A stretch of 64,000 bases of DNA, taken from positions 200,001 through 264,000 of the forward strand of contig NMRA01000434.1 of NCBI GenBank assembly GCA_002633005.1, given 5' to 3'. The DNA comes from Phoronis australis (taxonomy: Eukaryota; Animalia; Phoronida). Position numbers and translations under genes: made by a program. Shown here piece after piece: positions 37,502-52,459 of the stretch; the first letter of the stretch is position 1; every line of letters starts with the position of its first letter. Below the pieces are notes generated by a model, which was not told the DNA's origin, ran no database searches, and was given only the letters and a program-made list of their open reading frames with translations.

Positions 37502-40500
37502 TTCAGACATGTTACTCTAAACATAAAAAACCAGCGTTCCATGTAAATAATTACTTAAAAATTCAAAACTTCTAGTATAGCAAGCATGCCTGTATAATTC
37601 AATCAAGCATGCCTGTATAATTCAATTTAGCAGAAGCAAATGCTTAACCTTAAAATTAATATTTTTTTATATTTATATTATAATTTTGAGCCAAAGTAGA
37701 CTTCCGGTGTTAAAAATACCAACTTTCTTCCCAGGTACGTTTACAATGAACGCAATCATTGAGTTCTTATCTTTTGTTTGAATTAAAATTGGTTACAACT
37801 GAGAACACTAAACACTGTGTTAGTTGAGGCTATAATAAACCAGGTGAATTCCCTTCAGCTACACTTCCTGGATGCCTGAAACTAACCCCCTACCTCCACG
37901 ACAAGCAACTTGATAGACATGGTCTGTGAGTCACACAATAAGTGTCTTAAATCAAAAGTTCAGTTTTGACAGAGGGGACTGCTTTATTGTCCATGAAAAA
38001 ACATAATTGATCTGTAGTGGTACGTTTAATATGTAAATAAGGAAGTATTAAAATACAGCGGAAAGTCAGTCATCTTGAACTGACCAACCTTGTCATTCAA
38101 ATGAATAACACACAGAGGAGTGGCACCTACGTCAATACAACACTAAGACCAGGTTCAGCTGTCACTGGATAATCCATCCAACCTGACAGCAACAAACACA
38201 GTCATATAAACGGCAATTTGTCAAATTCAGGAGATTTGAAAAATCCTGCAACTGATAAGGTATATTGTATCCTGTATTAACAAATTAGATCAACTTTGTT
38301 TTGTGTGGGCATACCCATGATTGACAACCGTTTCTGACCAATCAAAGTTGGTTTTACTATGATACTGGAAATAGTGTAAACACGGCAGTGCATGTGGTTG
38401 GAAGAGAGGATGTGAATTCTTTTTATGCTGTTTTTACAAAGCAACTTGCCTTCAATGACATAGTTTCTGAAGATTGACTCCTTGAAATTACAAGGAAAAA
38501 TGCAAGTCAAAATCACCGTTATATCCTAGTAGCTATTATTACTCCGATCTGCCTGTAATCCATACTTTACGAGTTACCATTAAAATTAGATATTCAGCAT
38601 ATCAATGCAGTTTCTACATAACCATAAAGATTATCATAAAATTATTTATTCTGTTATACAGTTACCCTTGTTTGTTTAGGCAAACAACACATATCTATCA
38701 TGAAACATGTTGGCATTTGTACTATATGTTGTCTTCTTTACTCATACGTATCACGTTCAAATTCCACATCAAATATTAACATGCACACGTCGAAATAATA
38801 ATCGTGTGAACACACTTGTTTGCAGAAATAGTATGGCAAATATAACCGCATGGAAATCAAACCCTTCAAAAACACTTCATTGAAACACTCAATGTTTTAC
38901 TTTTTGTGCATCACTACACCATTTGCAGTTTTGACCTAGTGAACTTATGAACAAAGGCATTCACTTGGCTCATTGGCTGGCATTCGGGTACAACTAATTA
39001 TAAAAGTGACGTCATTAAATCAAAATCTATGAGCATAAGACAGCAGACCATGTGATTCATCACTACAAAATGGTAAAAAGAAATTAAACGTAACTAAGTA
39101 AGGCCGTTTATAGGATGACGGAGACTGATACCACACAATTTCTTGCCATTTCCCAAGATGAAAACACACAATTTCTTGCCATTTCCCACGATGAAAACAA
39201 ACTGCAACTTCAAAAAAAAACGGCGACTTCAGAGCATGCTCGTCCAATACACAACATATTATAGTGAAATGTGGTCATTTTCACCTGTTTATGTATTCGT
39301 GACCTGTATTATTTACAAATAGACATTAACAAATGGCATCATTCTGTTCCCGAGGTCAAGTGGCCTGTGACCTGGATGGTGATCAGCCCTTGTTGACTAA
39401 TGCACAAACTGATCCAAGCCAGGCAGTTTTACCCCAAAGTTCCTGAATTCTGATGCACTGATTAAGCTTTTATACGACCAACGCACAACTGCACCAGGCT
39501 TAACCACTTGCTCTAATTGGGTTTTAACTTTTGACACTAGTGAATCAAGATTTGACATTTGTAAAAAGTTGTGTTGTCGAACTTCGTAGAATTTCATTTA
39601 CTTTTGGGCAGCTGTGGCAGTAGCTCACACTGATAACATATCAAATGCATTTTTGAAAATAGGAAAAAATGGACATTAATAGTTTGAAAAGTGACAGCTT
39701 TGAAAAAGAATACTTCACCAATAAGATTTCAAAATTACATACACGAGTCCATGACCACCTAGGTTTTCAATTTTTCATTTTTTTAATAAATTACTTTTCT
39801 GATGCTTTTGGGATGCAGATTTTAAATTAATTTATTTGATAACTGTACAACACAAATAATAACATAGTATGCACACATGAATAAAACAATTAATTAAATC
39901 AAACTTATTAGTCAAGTCATAGCCTCGCAACATAAAGCACCATTTAAAGGTTCTTACAACTACATTTTTGTTAACCCCATTCATCCAATTCCAATAGATT
40001 CCGTGGCTACTTTTTACAACACAAACTTCTTTTGCTAGAGTTCTGAACACTGAAGTTCAAAATTTTGACATGGTTTCATTATCTCTGTTTTGTAATTGTG
40101 CAGACACACGAAATCCTTGAATTTCATGAAAAAATTACACCTTTTATTTTTATCCTCTTATCTCCCCTGTAGTAATCACCTTCGGCTGTTGTCCTCGATC
40201 AGCTCCAGTCTTGGAAGTTTCGTCACATTCGATAGGCTTTAGGAAATTAGAAAATAAACATCGGCTTTCTCTGTTCACTTAGCATACAATCATGATAAAA
40301 GTAAGCAGAGTAAGTAAAACGTTTATTTGAAATCGGTGTGGCTAGATCACAAAAGAAAACACCAGCACAGGCACTAGTTAATGATAAAAAATACATGTGC
40401 AGAGAATTGTTTACAGAGAGGTATAGAAGGACATATACAGAAAGAACATGACAACTATGTAAACAAGCATAGTGACATCAACATGAAGCAAACTGATACA

Positions 40501-43186
40501 GTTCTGCCACTCAGTCTTCCCTTAGAAAAGACAAGATCGTGTATTTAAATTTTGTCAGGTCATATGAACATCTAACTGATTCAGGCAAAGGATTCAGACA
40601 CATCCTATGAAACACCATTTTGGCACTTGACTTTAAAGTAAAATTACAGACGTATCATAAAACTATAAGTAAAACAAACTGTTCCTTATTCTTGGTACCC
40701 CTTGTTGACTTCTGTTACTACTTTAGATGTCCTAGTCCACCTATTGTTCCATGAATATCGGAATTTAATTTGGTTAAGTAACTACTAGCCCGCTCAACAA
40801 GCACTTTGCTGCCATACTGGGAATTTCTTCTGATCTATGTCCATTGTCTAGAATCATGAAAAATTGTCAATGGAGCTTCAGCTCTGAGCTGGGTGTTGGC
40901 AACATTTGTATCCATGTCACTTCACACTCAGAAGACTTCAGATAAGTTTGATAAAGAAGCATATGTAAGTACTCAACTACCAGGCCACATCTCATTCATT
41001 CATTATAATCAAAGTTCTTCATTGACATAATGGGGAACCATGGTGACCCAAGCTCACGAAATATGACATTGCGACTATGATGAAAAGCACTTTCAACTAA
41101 CTAAGCTAAGGTCAGTCTGCCGTTCACAACACAACTCCAGTCTAAGGCTAAGCCCTCCATATTAGGAGTGTGACCGAAGGTGTGTCGCAAGACTGGCGAA
41201 TCGTAGTGCGTTGTGGAGGACACGCACGCCAAACATTTCACCTTGAAACTTACACGATTCTCGTCGAACAACGCAAGGAACAAAACTGAACCAAACAGAT
41301 GCCACGTTTCCAATGACAAATATTCCGTTGCCGTACATAAAATAATACACTCCAGTACTGAATTTCTATCACTTGTTCAAAAATAACCGACATCATGGCA
41401 TACAGCCAAGTCGGCTCCGTGTCATCGACATAGATTGTGATTTTTAGGCCTATTAGAAAGATGCAGGTTAATATTTGTGAAGCAGCACAATGAAATGATG
41501 GCATTTCTTATCCTTTGATGAATGATAAGTAAAACTAACCTTCTTCAATCTCGCATACAGCTGCATAACTTGACCACAAAAGAACCCAAAAGAAGTCAAA
41601 TATCTCTAATGGACACGCCAACTCCCAACAACTAAACACAAGTCACTGACCTTGTATTTTAAATAGGCTATCTGGGGTCACACGTCATGCGCACTGTACA
41701 ATTTACCGTACAACTCTAAATACAACCACGACTAGAAATAGCATTGCCAGTTTGATTTATGTCAGCAACAGAAGTGACTTCAAAAAAAAAATAATTCCTG
41801 GCGGTGACTTCAGAAACATACGAGATAGATAAACACAATGCTGAAACACACACCACAATAATTTCTGTTTCTATTTTTACAAGAAAAGTTCTAGTTTGTA
41901 AATAAGTGTTTGTGTTTGTAAGTTCTGTGTGCAAATAGTCACAATTAAGGAACAAAATTTAAGGTTATGTAGTTCTCCGACAGAAAAATGTCCAATTTCG
42001 GAACTTCATATTTTGGAAATGGCAGGTGTTAGGAATTGTTTTTAACATTTTTCACTTTTTCATGAAGAACTATCAAAAAATAGGACTTGTTTTTATCAAA
42101 AAATAATTAAGGTGCATAAAACAAAAATGAAACGATAATTTAGAAAACTGTAACAGCACTTTTGAGATTTGCCATTGAACATTAATATCATATTCAATTT
42201 GCTTGGGATATTGATCCTGTTGTTTTACTATGAATGTCCCTTTGTTTTTCACTAAATTTTACTAAAAAACATGGTTACGTGACTTAATTGATGTCAAATT
42301 GGTGTAAAGTAAAAAATGTACGGAATTTCTACATTCAGAAATCATATACTTCTGCATAGTTTTTCAGATATTTGGCTAAATTCACAGTCTAGTCAAAAAG
42401 GTACTGCAGAAACAACACTGAACAACTTATTCATGCAACTGAACATAAAGAAAAGTTTACTGCAATATTTAAGATGAAGTAACACATAATACTCCCACAT
42501 TTTAGCAGGTCAACTACTAACAGCTGCGGTGACAGTGTCCCACTGAAACATGGTCATTTCTGTACCAACCTGTCATACACCAGACTATACAATATTATTA
42601 TGACATAATTCACAGTGCATATTACACTGTTAAGATGACCCCATCAGTCACCTTAAATGATGCACAAGCACTCTAAACAGTTAAGGTGCTCTGAACCAGA
42701 CACCAATGCCAACCAGATATGGCATTCAAACTTTACCGATTTAGCGGGAACATTCATTTATTAAAATAATTTTGCCACTTAATGATAGTCGCAAAGGTGA
42801 AACAAAAATTAACATTTGGGTGTCAACATGAGAAAGTTACAAACTTTCCAGGGGTCATCCCAAACATGAGGTGCTCCCTCAGTCAAACTTATCTGCAAAG
42901 TGCTCTACTGTAGCCTGGTATACACAAGTCAATTTGCCTCATTGTGTTACTCAAGCAGCTTACACAGTAGAGGTTGGGACATAAAAACAAAACATAGCAG
43001 TTGCAAGGCACATTACTACTCTTTTCTTCTGTTTTAGTAAATTGATTTTTGCCACTCAAACAATGAACAAGATCAATATTCAATGATTGATTTAGTTTTT
43101 GTAGTTCACATAGTCTAAAAGAATGTAGTAATCACTGACACCCATCTCTGTTCCCTGATCTCAAACAAAAGAAGTTAGTCTAAAGG

Positions 43187-43760
43187 TTATGGAAAGCCAA
43201 AGTGGAAAAAACTCCACGACACAAATTTTCTATTCAAGAATTAAATTCCGTGCAGGACCAAAAAATATACTCAAAACCACAATTTAACACATCAGAGCCG
43301 AAAATTTATAACGTCAGGACACAAAATTTATCACGTCAGGAGAAAATTTCTTGCCAGGAGAAAATTTCATGTTAAGAGGAAATTTCATGCCAGCAGACCA
43401 CGTGACAATATCATTACCCTGTATCCCTGTAACACTCAGCTGTATCCAAGTCTAGTGTGTCCAAGTGTACATTGGTTTCTGTTGTAAAACGTGGAAGAGA
43501 TAATGAGACTGTCATCGGCGAGACATAGCGTACCCACTACCGACGTCATCTCTTAGCTGGGTCACTTGCTTGCTCATGGCACGAAATTTTCCTGAAGACG
43601 TGAAATTTTCCTGACGTATAAAATTTTGGTCATGACGTGATAAATTATAGGTCCTGGCGTGATCAATTTTGGTTTTGAGTATATTTTTGGTCATGCACAG
43701 AACTGAATTATTGAATACAAAAGTTGTGTCCTGTAATTTTTTCACTTTGGCTTTCCATAA
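43187..43760. mobile_element. Non-autonomous element with long (~200 bp) imperfect TIRs
   Basis: TTATGGAAAGCCAAAGTG...GACCAAAAAATATACTCAAAACC is inverted at ~43580-43760. Internal CAGGAGAAAATTTC repeats. Confidence 0.8.
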
Positions 43761-46700
43761 AAAGTCCAAAGGTTGTGATAAGTGGCTATTGAAATCCCAA
43801 CCAGTAAAAAGCATTCACAGTTGTACATTAGCGCTTAATGATAATCATGAACAACAAATAGCACAGTAAAATCTCAGCAATTTAGGACACAATATGGTCG
43901 ACAGATGAAATTTTATTACATATGATTTTTTTTCCACAAAAGATATGTGGCACCAAATTAATGGGTATTTTTATATTCAACTTTTGCACCACAGCTACCG
44001 TTTGATGTTTTGAGGAATTGTGGGCCTTCACGAAGCTTGCTCCTCTATGTACTAAAGTGGGAAATGAATAATGCTGATGGTGAATGAAACAAAATACAAT
44101 GAAATTCAATAATTTCAATTGAAGTAAATTAGGATATTGTTGATTTTATTTCATATCGAAATGTCAACATCCTCCACCGCAATTTTTTGGAACTGTAATT
44201 TTTACAAAAGTTATCATACAACATATCGAAGCAGCATAATTTTGATTTTGTTAATAATAAACATTAAGAAATTCCAGTTCAGTAATGGTTCAGTATATAT
44301 ATGTAACTATTGATGTACGATATGACTTCAATTATGTGTAGCAAAATAGACATCTTCTGAAAATTGGACAAGAGCAACGCAGAGTGTTGGTATGTGCTTG
44401 ACCTGTGTATTGAATACAGCACAAATACAGTGGCTGATCGTTATTTTAATTAACATTCCCACAAAGGAGAGCAACAATATTAAAGTTAATAGAACCTCAA
44501 TGGGGCAACAATGCTCCACTTAACAAGAAAGAACACAGCTGACAATGTGATTGTTAAAGCAGTTAGACGGATAGGGAGGCAGATGGTGGACAAAAAAATA
44601 ATGAAAAATTAGTGGGCAAACATATCTGCCAAAGACCATGAAGATCCTACCAGGAGATACAGCAGAGGATGCCTAGATGACGGATTCCCAGACATAAATG
44701 ATGGTAATATGTGCACCCAGTGTATAGATGGAAGCAGATGTCAAAAACAGACACTGAAGAACTACAACTGCCACTAGGGGATGCAGTACGTCGGGCTAGT
44801 CAGATAACGAGCAGGTATCATCATCTACATAGGTGCCAAATTTCACAAGAGCGTTAAAATGCATCCATGACTGCACTGCAAAAGATAAGCTTCTATTGGT
44901 TATTAAAATCATAAAAATGGCCACTAGGTGGTGCAGTATATGTTGAACCGGTCTTAAAATGGAAGGCGTTATTGTCTCCCAAACAAGAACTTGTTTGCTT
45001 AATTTCATGAAAATCTGTTAAAGAACTCAAAGATACAGTGACAAACATAAAAATTGAAATTCCAATAAAAAGCACAGTGTGGTTGGATACTTCCGAAAGA
45101 AGTCGTCACATTCACAGGAGTACATCTGTCAAAGTACACAAAGATCTTGTCAAAGGTTAAGGAGATACAGCTATGGACTGCAACTAGGGGGCGCCACAGC
45201 AGTGAAACCTACCGGTACTTGAAAATCAACATCAGCAGTGGTCTTTTCAACTGGAACATGTTATTCAATTTTCGAAATGATCCTTCCAGAGGCTTGGCAG
45301 ATAGAAGAGCAGATGCCAGAAAACACTCCTAAGTAATAAATATGGCCACATGGTACAGGATATGTTGATTCCGTCCAAAAATGGATACTCACTCAATGTC
45401 TCTTCAATACAAAATTATTTTGCTAAATTTTATGAAAATCCATCACACTATTAGTTGTATCTGTCAGACGGACACCCAGACAGAGCTGAGGGCTATATGC
45501 TTCGATTGTATGTATATGCGGGCTCATTAAATTCCATCACAGCACCTGATAAGACATAGCAGCAACTCAAAAAAATAAATTAGTGACTACTAGAGAACAT
45601 TATGAAATGGATCAGTACAGAAATTCATATGGGATTACCAGAGTATAGAGAGGTGAATGCCAGCACCAGACATCCACACCGGTTGCCCAAACAAAGACTG
45701 CAACACCCACCCACATACGTACATAGACCAGAGATCTAACAATTGAGACTCAGTTTGCTACAGCTGTAGTACTAAGACCTTACCATAGCTAACAAAACAT
45801 TTTCATCTTCAATGACAACAACCGACAGGTTCTCAATGTCCTTCATATGAGAATCTCTCATTTTGAAGAATCACGTCTCCTCAGAAGCCCCCACAATTCC
45901 ATAAACATCATCAAGAACTCCAGCATCTTAAATAACCTCAATAACGAAAGTGTAACTGAAATGAGCTCACCATTTTTTATCTTGTGGTGGCAGCTCTTAA
46001 GAACAAAGATAACACTGATAATTAATGTAATTTACATGCAACACCAGAGTCCAATATAATGGAGAAGTGCAGAATTAACATAAAAACTGGAAAGCCCTCT
46101 CAGAGATTTGCTTACAAGCAATTGAGGCATATTTTTTACAATATCTACGACTAAAACAGTTGCACCTCAGCTTACCATAAATAAAAGGCTGTTTTCATTT
46201 TCAAACATAACTCCTTTGGATAGAGCAGAAAGAGTCTCGATGTCCCTTGTGTCAAAATCCTTCATTCTTAAGAATTGTGTCTGCGTATCTCTATCTTTCC
46301 GATTAGCAGTGGTAGTTCAATAGTACTTCAGTGGAAATACAAGCATCTAATAAGTTAATGAACACAATAATTAACATAAAATATGAGAATCAAATTGAGA
46401 CTGGCTAGCTCTTTTTTATCTTATCTTATTTTGTGGTTGTATGACGTCAGACGAATGTAAGACTCTTCACCAGAAAAGGTAAAGTTTCATCTTAAAAGAA
46501 TGTGTCAGGATATTGGTGTGATACGTAAACAAGCCACACCTTGGATGTAAAAATGACCTGGCTCAATACCAGTATATCCTCATGATCACTCATTAATTTC
46601 TAAATTCCCAATTGTATCCTCAGAGAAGAACATCTTATGGTAAAAATAAACATCAGGGAAAACAAGAAAATGCCAAAACCCAAACAGGATATGTTCCAGA

Positions 46701-48095
46701 CCAAACAGATAAAGGCTGCATTTAATGAAGGTCATCTGAATGGTAAAGACTGTTTAACATGTTTTAATTATTTAACTAATACAGCTTGCAAGCTGTTGTC
46801 TGAGGTTGTCAAGCCAAGAGAAGGCGTGTATTGCATCAGTCATGTCAGCGCTTTCCATTGGTTCATTTAGAGGTGTGTTCTGGAGGCGTGACTACACTTT
46901 GACCTAAATAAAATGGAGACCAGACTGAACATCACATCTAATATTCTTTCAATCAAGATTGTTGTATTGTGAAGTTGCACTGAGTGACACCAAAGCATTT
47001 GTTGTGGCTGAAACTACATGTATCTCACAAAGTGGTCAACCACCCATACTGTAAATCTTTTGATGTCCATACTGTTTCTGCAACACAGAACAGCCAGTTA
47101 AATAGTGCACTGTGTACTTTTGTTGGTTAAACAATAACTGAAAATTTTCAAAACTAATCATGCCAACAGAAATGCTTTGGTCAGCAAGGCATTGATAGAC
47201 TTATATGACATTATAGTTGAAGCATGAATATTTGTTCCTCCTTCCTCCAATTACCACATGGCCCCATTTAAAATATTTCGTTCACACAATCAGACAAAAA
47301 AATTAAATTGCTTTCAAATTCTAAAACCAAAATACATTTTCCTCAAAGTAATAAGACTGACCTACCAAGCCCAAAGGAGTGAGGCCAGAATAAGGATGTC
47401 TATAAAGAACTCTTGCAGCCTTGTTTCTCGTGAACTTTTACAGATTTCAACTTTTAGAGACCATCATAGTACTGCAGAGACTTTTACAGAAAACCTTCTT
47501 AGTTGAATTTCAAAAAAAATGGGTTTTCCCAATTTCAAAAACTGGACTCTTATGGGGGAATCTACAAAATTTGCATAAAATTGATGAAGTCCCAAGATGA
47601 TTTCGTGCATTGTTCAGAAGTTTTTCAAATGAAATGAAAACAATGAATTGCAAGATTTACTTGAAGTAGTGTTGAATTCATTCTTCATCATGGAGAACGG
47701 AAGCATTTACAAAGGCTGTGAAAAATTCTGGACACTCCCAAACATGCTGGGAAACTCAACATGTGTGGTTTTAATTAGCTCAGAAAGTAAAACTTTGTAT
47801 ACCAAGCTCAAGTTGCACCATAACTTGAAAACCAACAACACTGTATAACTGACCTCTGCATTTCGCACTATAATAAGTGCTTGTTTGCACACAAATGACC
47901 CACTTTTTGCCATGACTGGTTTGCTACAAACAATAAAAATTTTGGCAAATTCTTTCATGACCTACAGCACAAACCAAGCTGTCAATAGCCTAGAACTTTC
48001 TTTAATGATCTTTTATTGGGAAATTTGAGAGAAAAAATCTACTTTTCTACATTGTGTGCTATATCACTATAATTTGGCAGTAATCTTTCTCGTAT

Positions 48096-48260
48096 ACATA
48101 TTACATTGAAAACATGACTTTGATCTGTTTTTACTAGTTTAATCTCAGTTCTTTCAAACTCTCTAAATAGAGATCTTGTCTTTACATCACAAGAGAGTTG
48201 GAAAGAACTGAGATTAAACTAGTAAAAACAGATCAAAGTCGTGTTTTCAATGAAATATGT
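48096..48260. repeat. Near-perfect inverted repeat (~69-bp arms, 27-nt spacer)
   Basis: 48096-48164 pairs with 48192-48260, with about 3 mismatches. Confidence 0.9.
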
Positions 48261-50586
48261 GTGCCAAATAGGCACAATTTTACTGCAAGCTGGTGACAAA
48301 CACTCCTTAGTTTTACATTAAACAAACATTCACTGTAAAGGTTTCAATATAGCTGAACTTCCCAACACCCACAAGTTGAACTTTCACAAGACAGTTTCAC
48401 TGCCATTTTAGGAGAATTCACTAAAATTTGACATGGATCTTCCACCAAAGAATGTACACGCTTTTCCCTAATTTCTAACAAGAAAGCTATAAGCACAGGT
48501 TTTACAAATTGTAACCTGAGCCATAAACCCACTGGCCCTCCAGCATGACAAAAAACATGCCGGCATTCCATATTTAGGGATGTAACAAAGGTATGTCCTT
48601 TGAAATTTTGGGTTGCTCTCCATCTTGAAAAATTCTAGATCTACGAACAACCCCAAACAGGAATGCACAAGCAGACATCGTTCTTCAGTGATGGGATATT
48701 TCAGAGACAAGTGCAGTGAAATTCAACCAAATTAGGACACAATGTGCCTCATAAGTGAAATTTTAAATTTTTATTCATTTTTATTCTTATTTTGCCATTC
48801 TTTCATATACAATTAGCAGAAAGAACAATGTCGATTTTTAGGTTCTAAACCAAAAATGCCATCAGACAGCTGCAGGCATTCATAACGATGTTAAAATGCT
48901 TTGAAAAACGAAAGATCAACTTTTGTTATTATGTTTTTCCCAAACTGCGGAGACTTTACCGTAAGCTAATGGCCACCTACAAGAACTTTTGCAATGACAT
49001 GAGATGAACTTAAAAATCTTATTGTTTGATGATAAAATGAACAGTCAATGAATGGCACGGTAACATTGTCTAGCTAGCAACACTAGGGGGAAACTGACAG
49101 AGGTGATAAAAGCACTTTTACAACCACCCAGAGATCATTCATAAGCTAAACAGCACAATCAAGTACGCAATGCCATGCTGTCTGACGAAAAAGAAAAATT
49201 GATTTAAAATTTATTTTTCCTTAGGCGGCATTTTTTATGTTCCACAGCAATAGAGACATGGCCATAGCCATATACAATGACTTTTAGATTTCCACTTTCA
49301 GTGAATGGAGATAAAAATGGAAACACACTGTTAGTTCATTATTACGATAGGATTCTATTTCTGTTTTCAACAAGAACATTGAAGCCATCAACAACTCAAG
49401 AAAACACTTCAAAGTTATGGTATTTAAGGTCGGCCAACCTTAAAACCCGCAGTTTAGGGGAACCTTTGTCACAATAAAATAGCATTTGTGCCCAACTTTT
49501 GTCAGAAACGATAATTGTTTATTCAACCTTGCGCACAGCAAGCTGTTGCAATTTCGACAAAATGGAGTCAGCCAGAATTGGAATGGGTTCTAGTCGAAAA
49601 TAAATGGATATTTAATCGCAGTTTTGTGCGCTGAAAGTTTGCTGAATATCGTGTTTGTGCAGCTTATTTTGAAAACTATTGCATGATTTAGTCTTAAAGC
49701 TTGAAAAACAAGGTTGGAAATCATCTCTATACTCGGATTAACAACATGGAACGGTTGTGTTCCAAATCATAAAAATATATACACATATACGCCATATACA
49801 AAATATGAGTGAGTAGACAAAGCTTAACTGTAATGCAGATCCGCAAGAAAGGGGGGGGGAGTTCTATTGACTTGTTTAAATAAAATACTTTTCTGCAAAA
49901 CCATAATATCACTTCTAAATTTAACATTCAAGACTCCCAAAACAACTATCAAAACGAAAGTTCCTGTAGTTTCTGTGTTGTTTCTGAGTTTCCTAGAACA
50001 CTATATGTTTACCACACACTTAACCCAGATGTGGCCATGTGGCACTGGAGTTTATCTGTTCCTGGATCACCAACAAGTCACTCCTACTTTTTGAGTCATG
50101 GGGAACATTCGTCTGCATGTGGATATGGCCAGGTAGATGGGATGCTGTTCTTGAATCCACCACCAGTAGTGGCTAGTAGGACTAGGGCGCAGAACTACCA
50201 TTAGCTTTGGTGCAAGGTTGTTAGTCTTCATACAGCTAGCTGTCTGGCTAAACCACCCAAGACTAACACAGAACGAGGCAACTGAACAGCGGGGTGAGGC
50301 CTTTGACCAGGGTCCAGACTGGTTTATTTGTAAGATAATAATCATCCAGCCTCTTAGAGGCCCTTTTCTTAACATTCTGATGAAACGGGCTGGAGATTGG
50401 TGAAACATCTGGCCAAAAATATTGCCTCGAATATCAGACACTGTCCAAGGCATTCTTACTCAGAGGGTACATTATACCTTTTTGGTAGTAATACAGGTTA
50501 TACCACAATTTTAGCCTCGAATGGCAAATACAACCGTGTGATAACCCATTAAGTTATCTCACTAGTGAGACAACATTTTGGCGGGA

Positions 50587-50656
50587 AACCGAGGATGGAT
50601 TCGAACCCAGGTCTCAACAGTTTCGAGCCGCCGACTTTACCACTACACCACTCAGC
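50587..50656 (-). other. tRNA-like sequence (SINE head or tRNA pseudogene)
   Basis: A box TGGTGTAGTGG, B box GGTTCGAATCC, acceptor-like GCTGAG/CTCGGT and anticodon-like loop CTCGAAA. The stems are weak and there is no long variable arm. Confidence 0.55.
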
Positions 50657-52459
50657 GGCTGATGTCATCGAACGTGAAAATAGAATACTTAAATGAACAC
50701 GCGCAACAATCGCATGTCCAGCAAAGGGCACTGCACCGACATTTACAAGCTATGAAACATAAGACGCATAATTTCCATAAAAACGATATTTTAATTCAGT
50801 GAAATTTTTCTCTCATGTTCTGTCACTTGTAAATCACCGATCTCCAATTTGAATGCAGGTATCGTGTCGTCGGGATCCTTTGAATTGAGCATTTTAGTCA
50901 GTTACAAGTGGTAACCTACTTTAGCAGATGATATTTTCCCGGTCGAAGTTTAGCGTGACAAAATGTGTAGTAAGGTATAATAGTTGCTAAACCTTAAATA
51001 GATTCACTTTATTTCTGTTTTATTTAAATTTTCTATTGGTTTTGAGTGTGAGCATTATTTGACAAAATTAGCTCGGCTTTTCTTAAAAGGTCACGACCTC
51101 CGACCCCCAAAAGTAGTTACAAAGCTGAGGCAAGTCGAGAAAGGTAGATCGATTCATTGCAATGTTTCTCGTTCAGTATGTGGTATAAATAGATTATTAC
51201 ATGTTCTCAGTTGTTATTCCCCCTTATCTAGACTAGAGCCCTCGTGGATTTTGTAGAATTATCACCCTCGGGGCTTAACATCCCTCAGGTGATAATTCTC
51301 CAAAATCCACTATATTTATCTTACGACAAGCAGAAAGATTTCGACTGTCATGGACGGCAGTCTTTCTCAGAATGACATAATTATTGTTGACTGTTGGTTG
51401 TTTTACATGTGATGTGTATATCCGATTATAAATGTATGGCAACTCAATATCGATGTCCCAAACTTGGAAATCCTACCATCAAAGGGACATAGGTACTTTA
51501 GACTTACCCCTAGGTTAGAATCAGGTAATGACTGTGCATGTTCCAACTACCAACAGAAAGCATGAGTGTCATTCTGAAGAACACTGCTATCCAAGACAGT
51601 TGAGAGCTAACTGAGGACGCTCAGAAGAGCGACACATACTTGGTGAAATCGATTAAAAATTTAAAAGAGAGATCCACCACAAAGCCAAGAACATAAATAA
51701 ACAGTGTACGTAAATTCCATGTCCATCAGACAAAAAATGCGATCTCTACCTCAAACATCATTGGTAACAAAGTGCGGTTATAAATAATTACTCAACAAAA
51801 GAGCAGTCATCTGAGCAGTAAATCTAGAGTATTGCGAGAACGGTACATTATAGCAAGAAACTGCTGATAGCGCTTGACAAGATCTATACACATGCCAAAT
51901 TTCAGACAGATCCGTCAAAGGATGCGGAAGTTACGACAAAAAAACTGGGGACCAGTCATCAGAAAATTTCAAATAACTCAAGGCATGGTAAGACCTAGAG
52001 AAAAGTAAATAAGACACAGTTTGTGATAGCTCTTTCGATGATCTATCCAAAGAAAAAAAACAGAAAAATCACGCAAGAAACAGCAGAGCTATGACTCCAC
52101 AACCAAAAAGAGAAAAATGGCTGCCACAGCGCCATCTTGCTTCTGATTTTAACCAAAAAGATTCGTGTGTGTAAATTTTGCGTTGATCAGATAAGAATTG
52201 CAATGTGTAGCATGCGAACAAAGAAACATACAAAAAAACAAAACAAATTTTATGAGAAAACAACATGCACAAATTTCATTTCACAAAGTAACAATAAGTA
52301 AATTCCCTTGCTTGTGATAAAACAACTTGCATTACTATGTATTACCACAAATACAGGAATTTCCCAATGATCATATAAGAAACAATTGTTTCATTGCAGT
52401 GAGTGTTAGTGCCAGTGATGGAAATCAATAGGCAGAATCAAGAGCCTGTGTGTTACATA

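Noticed and set aside
50587-50656. Functional tRNA-Ser(CGA)
   Set aside because: There is no long variable arm, and the stems have many G-U pairs and mismatches. A SINE head or pseudogene is more likely.
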